53,885 nucleotides of DNA from Octopus bimaculoides (Eukaryota), in the NCBI RefSeq assembly GCF_001194135.2, contig NC_068984.1, forward strand, positions 67,330,917 to 67,384,801, given 5' to 3'. Positions 53,276-53,885 of this stretch are shown here, piece after piece. The translations under genes and the position numbers were made by a program. Below the pieces are notes generated by a model. It was not told the DNA's origin, ran no database searches, and worked only from the letters and a program-made list of their open reading frames with translations. The first letter of the stretch is position 1, and each line of letters opens with the position of its first letter.

Positions 53276-53574
53276 ACAAAAAATATATATATACTTATAT
53301 AACGCAGAGAAACTGCGTTAAATATTTTCAGACCCTGGACATCTCTCCCTCTTCTGTGTGTATATGCATCTGTAGGTGTGCGTGCGTGTTTGTGTATCTA
53401 TGTGTATATGCGTGAGTGTTCGTACATATATATTGAATATATTTCAGTCAGTCACATCTTAGAATCCTCATAAATATACAGGTCCAAAAGCAAATTAATG
53501 AAAAATCGGGGAACATATTCCGGAGATAGTTAGCAACAGACATTTATATAGTATCAACAATATTATCATTTCAT

Positions 53575-53638
53575 GAAGGCGGCGAGCTGGCAGAAATGTT
53601 AGCACGCCGGGTGAAATGCTTAGCGGTATTTCGTCTGT
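53575..53638 (+). mobile_element. Family-1 SINE head, interrupted before its B-box
   Basis: GAAGGCGGCGAGCTGGCAGAAATGTTAGCACGCCGGGTGAAATGCTTAGCGGTATTTCGTCTGT. Other copies continue with TTTACGTTCTGAGTTCAAA, which is absent here. Confidence 0.85.
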
Positions 53639-53885
53639 GTGACACCGGTTGAGGTGCTTAGCGGTGTAGCGACTCCGTGAGATTGAATTGTTACTAGTTA
53701 TTTGAGTGCGTCTGTACAGTAAGTGCAAGTTTCAATTAACTGTTTTTGTGTGTTCTTGTCATAACTATTGTGTGATAGTCTTCGTTTGAAAACTATCGTG
53801 TGTTTCCCCTATGGGGGAAACAGTAATTGCTGGAAAGATGCCGAATAATGTATCTTCGTCTGGCGAAGAGGGGTCAACCGGAGGA
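53639..53885 (+). mobile_element. Probable 5' end of an inserted element (UTR-like segment plus open ATG frame running off the window)
   Basis: Abrupt switch from SINE sequence to unrelated CpG-containing sequence; ATG at 53838 opens MPNNVSSSGEEGSTGG to the window edge. Confidence 0.4.

Noticed and set aside
53495-53728. 77-aa minus-strand ORF
   Set aside because: Crosses the SINE/insert junction antisense; no coding features.

Overview
AT-rich, microsatellite-dense animal genomic DNA from a gapped draft assembly (8 N-gaps, nearly all abutting (TA)n or (CA)n runs). The repeat families resemble those of octopus/coleoid cephalopod genomes; this taxonomic call is from recall, not a search. No intact host protein-coding gene, structural RNA gene or CRISPR array is recognisable, and most ORFs in the track are microsatellite or N-gap artefacts. 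Supportable content: (1) a full-length but dead 1.26-kb Tc1-superfamily transposon with 28-bp TIRs and a probable DD36E triad; (2) a 5'-truncated RTE LINE with a 37-bp target-site duplication; (3) old Tx1/L1-like and R4/Dong-like reverse-transcriptase remnants; (4) about a dozen tRNA-derived SINE copies from two families; (5) probable Penelope-related repeats; (6) two diverged tandem duplications; (7) a 45-bp-arm foldback. Best leads: a hammerhead-ribozyme core at 50652-50671, an element whose 5' end interrupts a SINE at the right edge of the window, the DD36E transposon, the long hairpin, and a duplicated TATA/first-exon-like module at about 7 kb. None of these establishes a new biological system.
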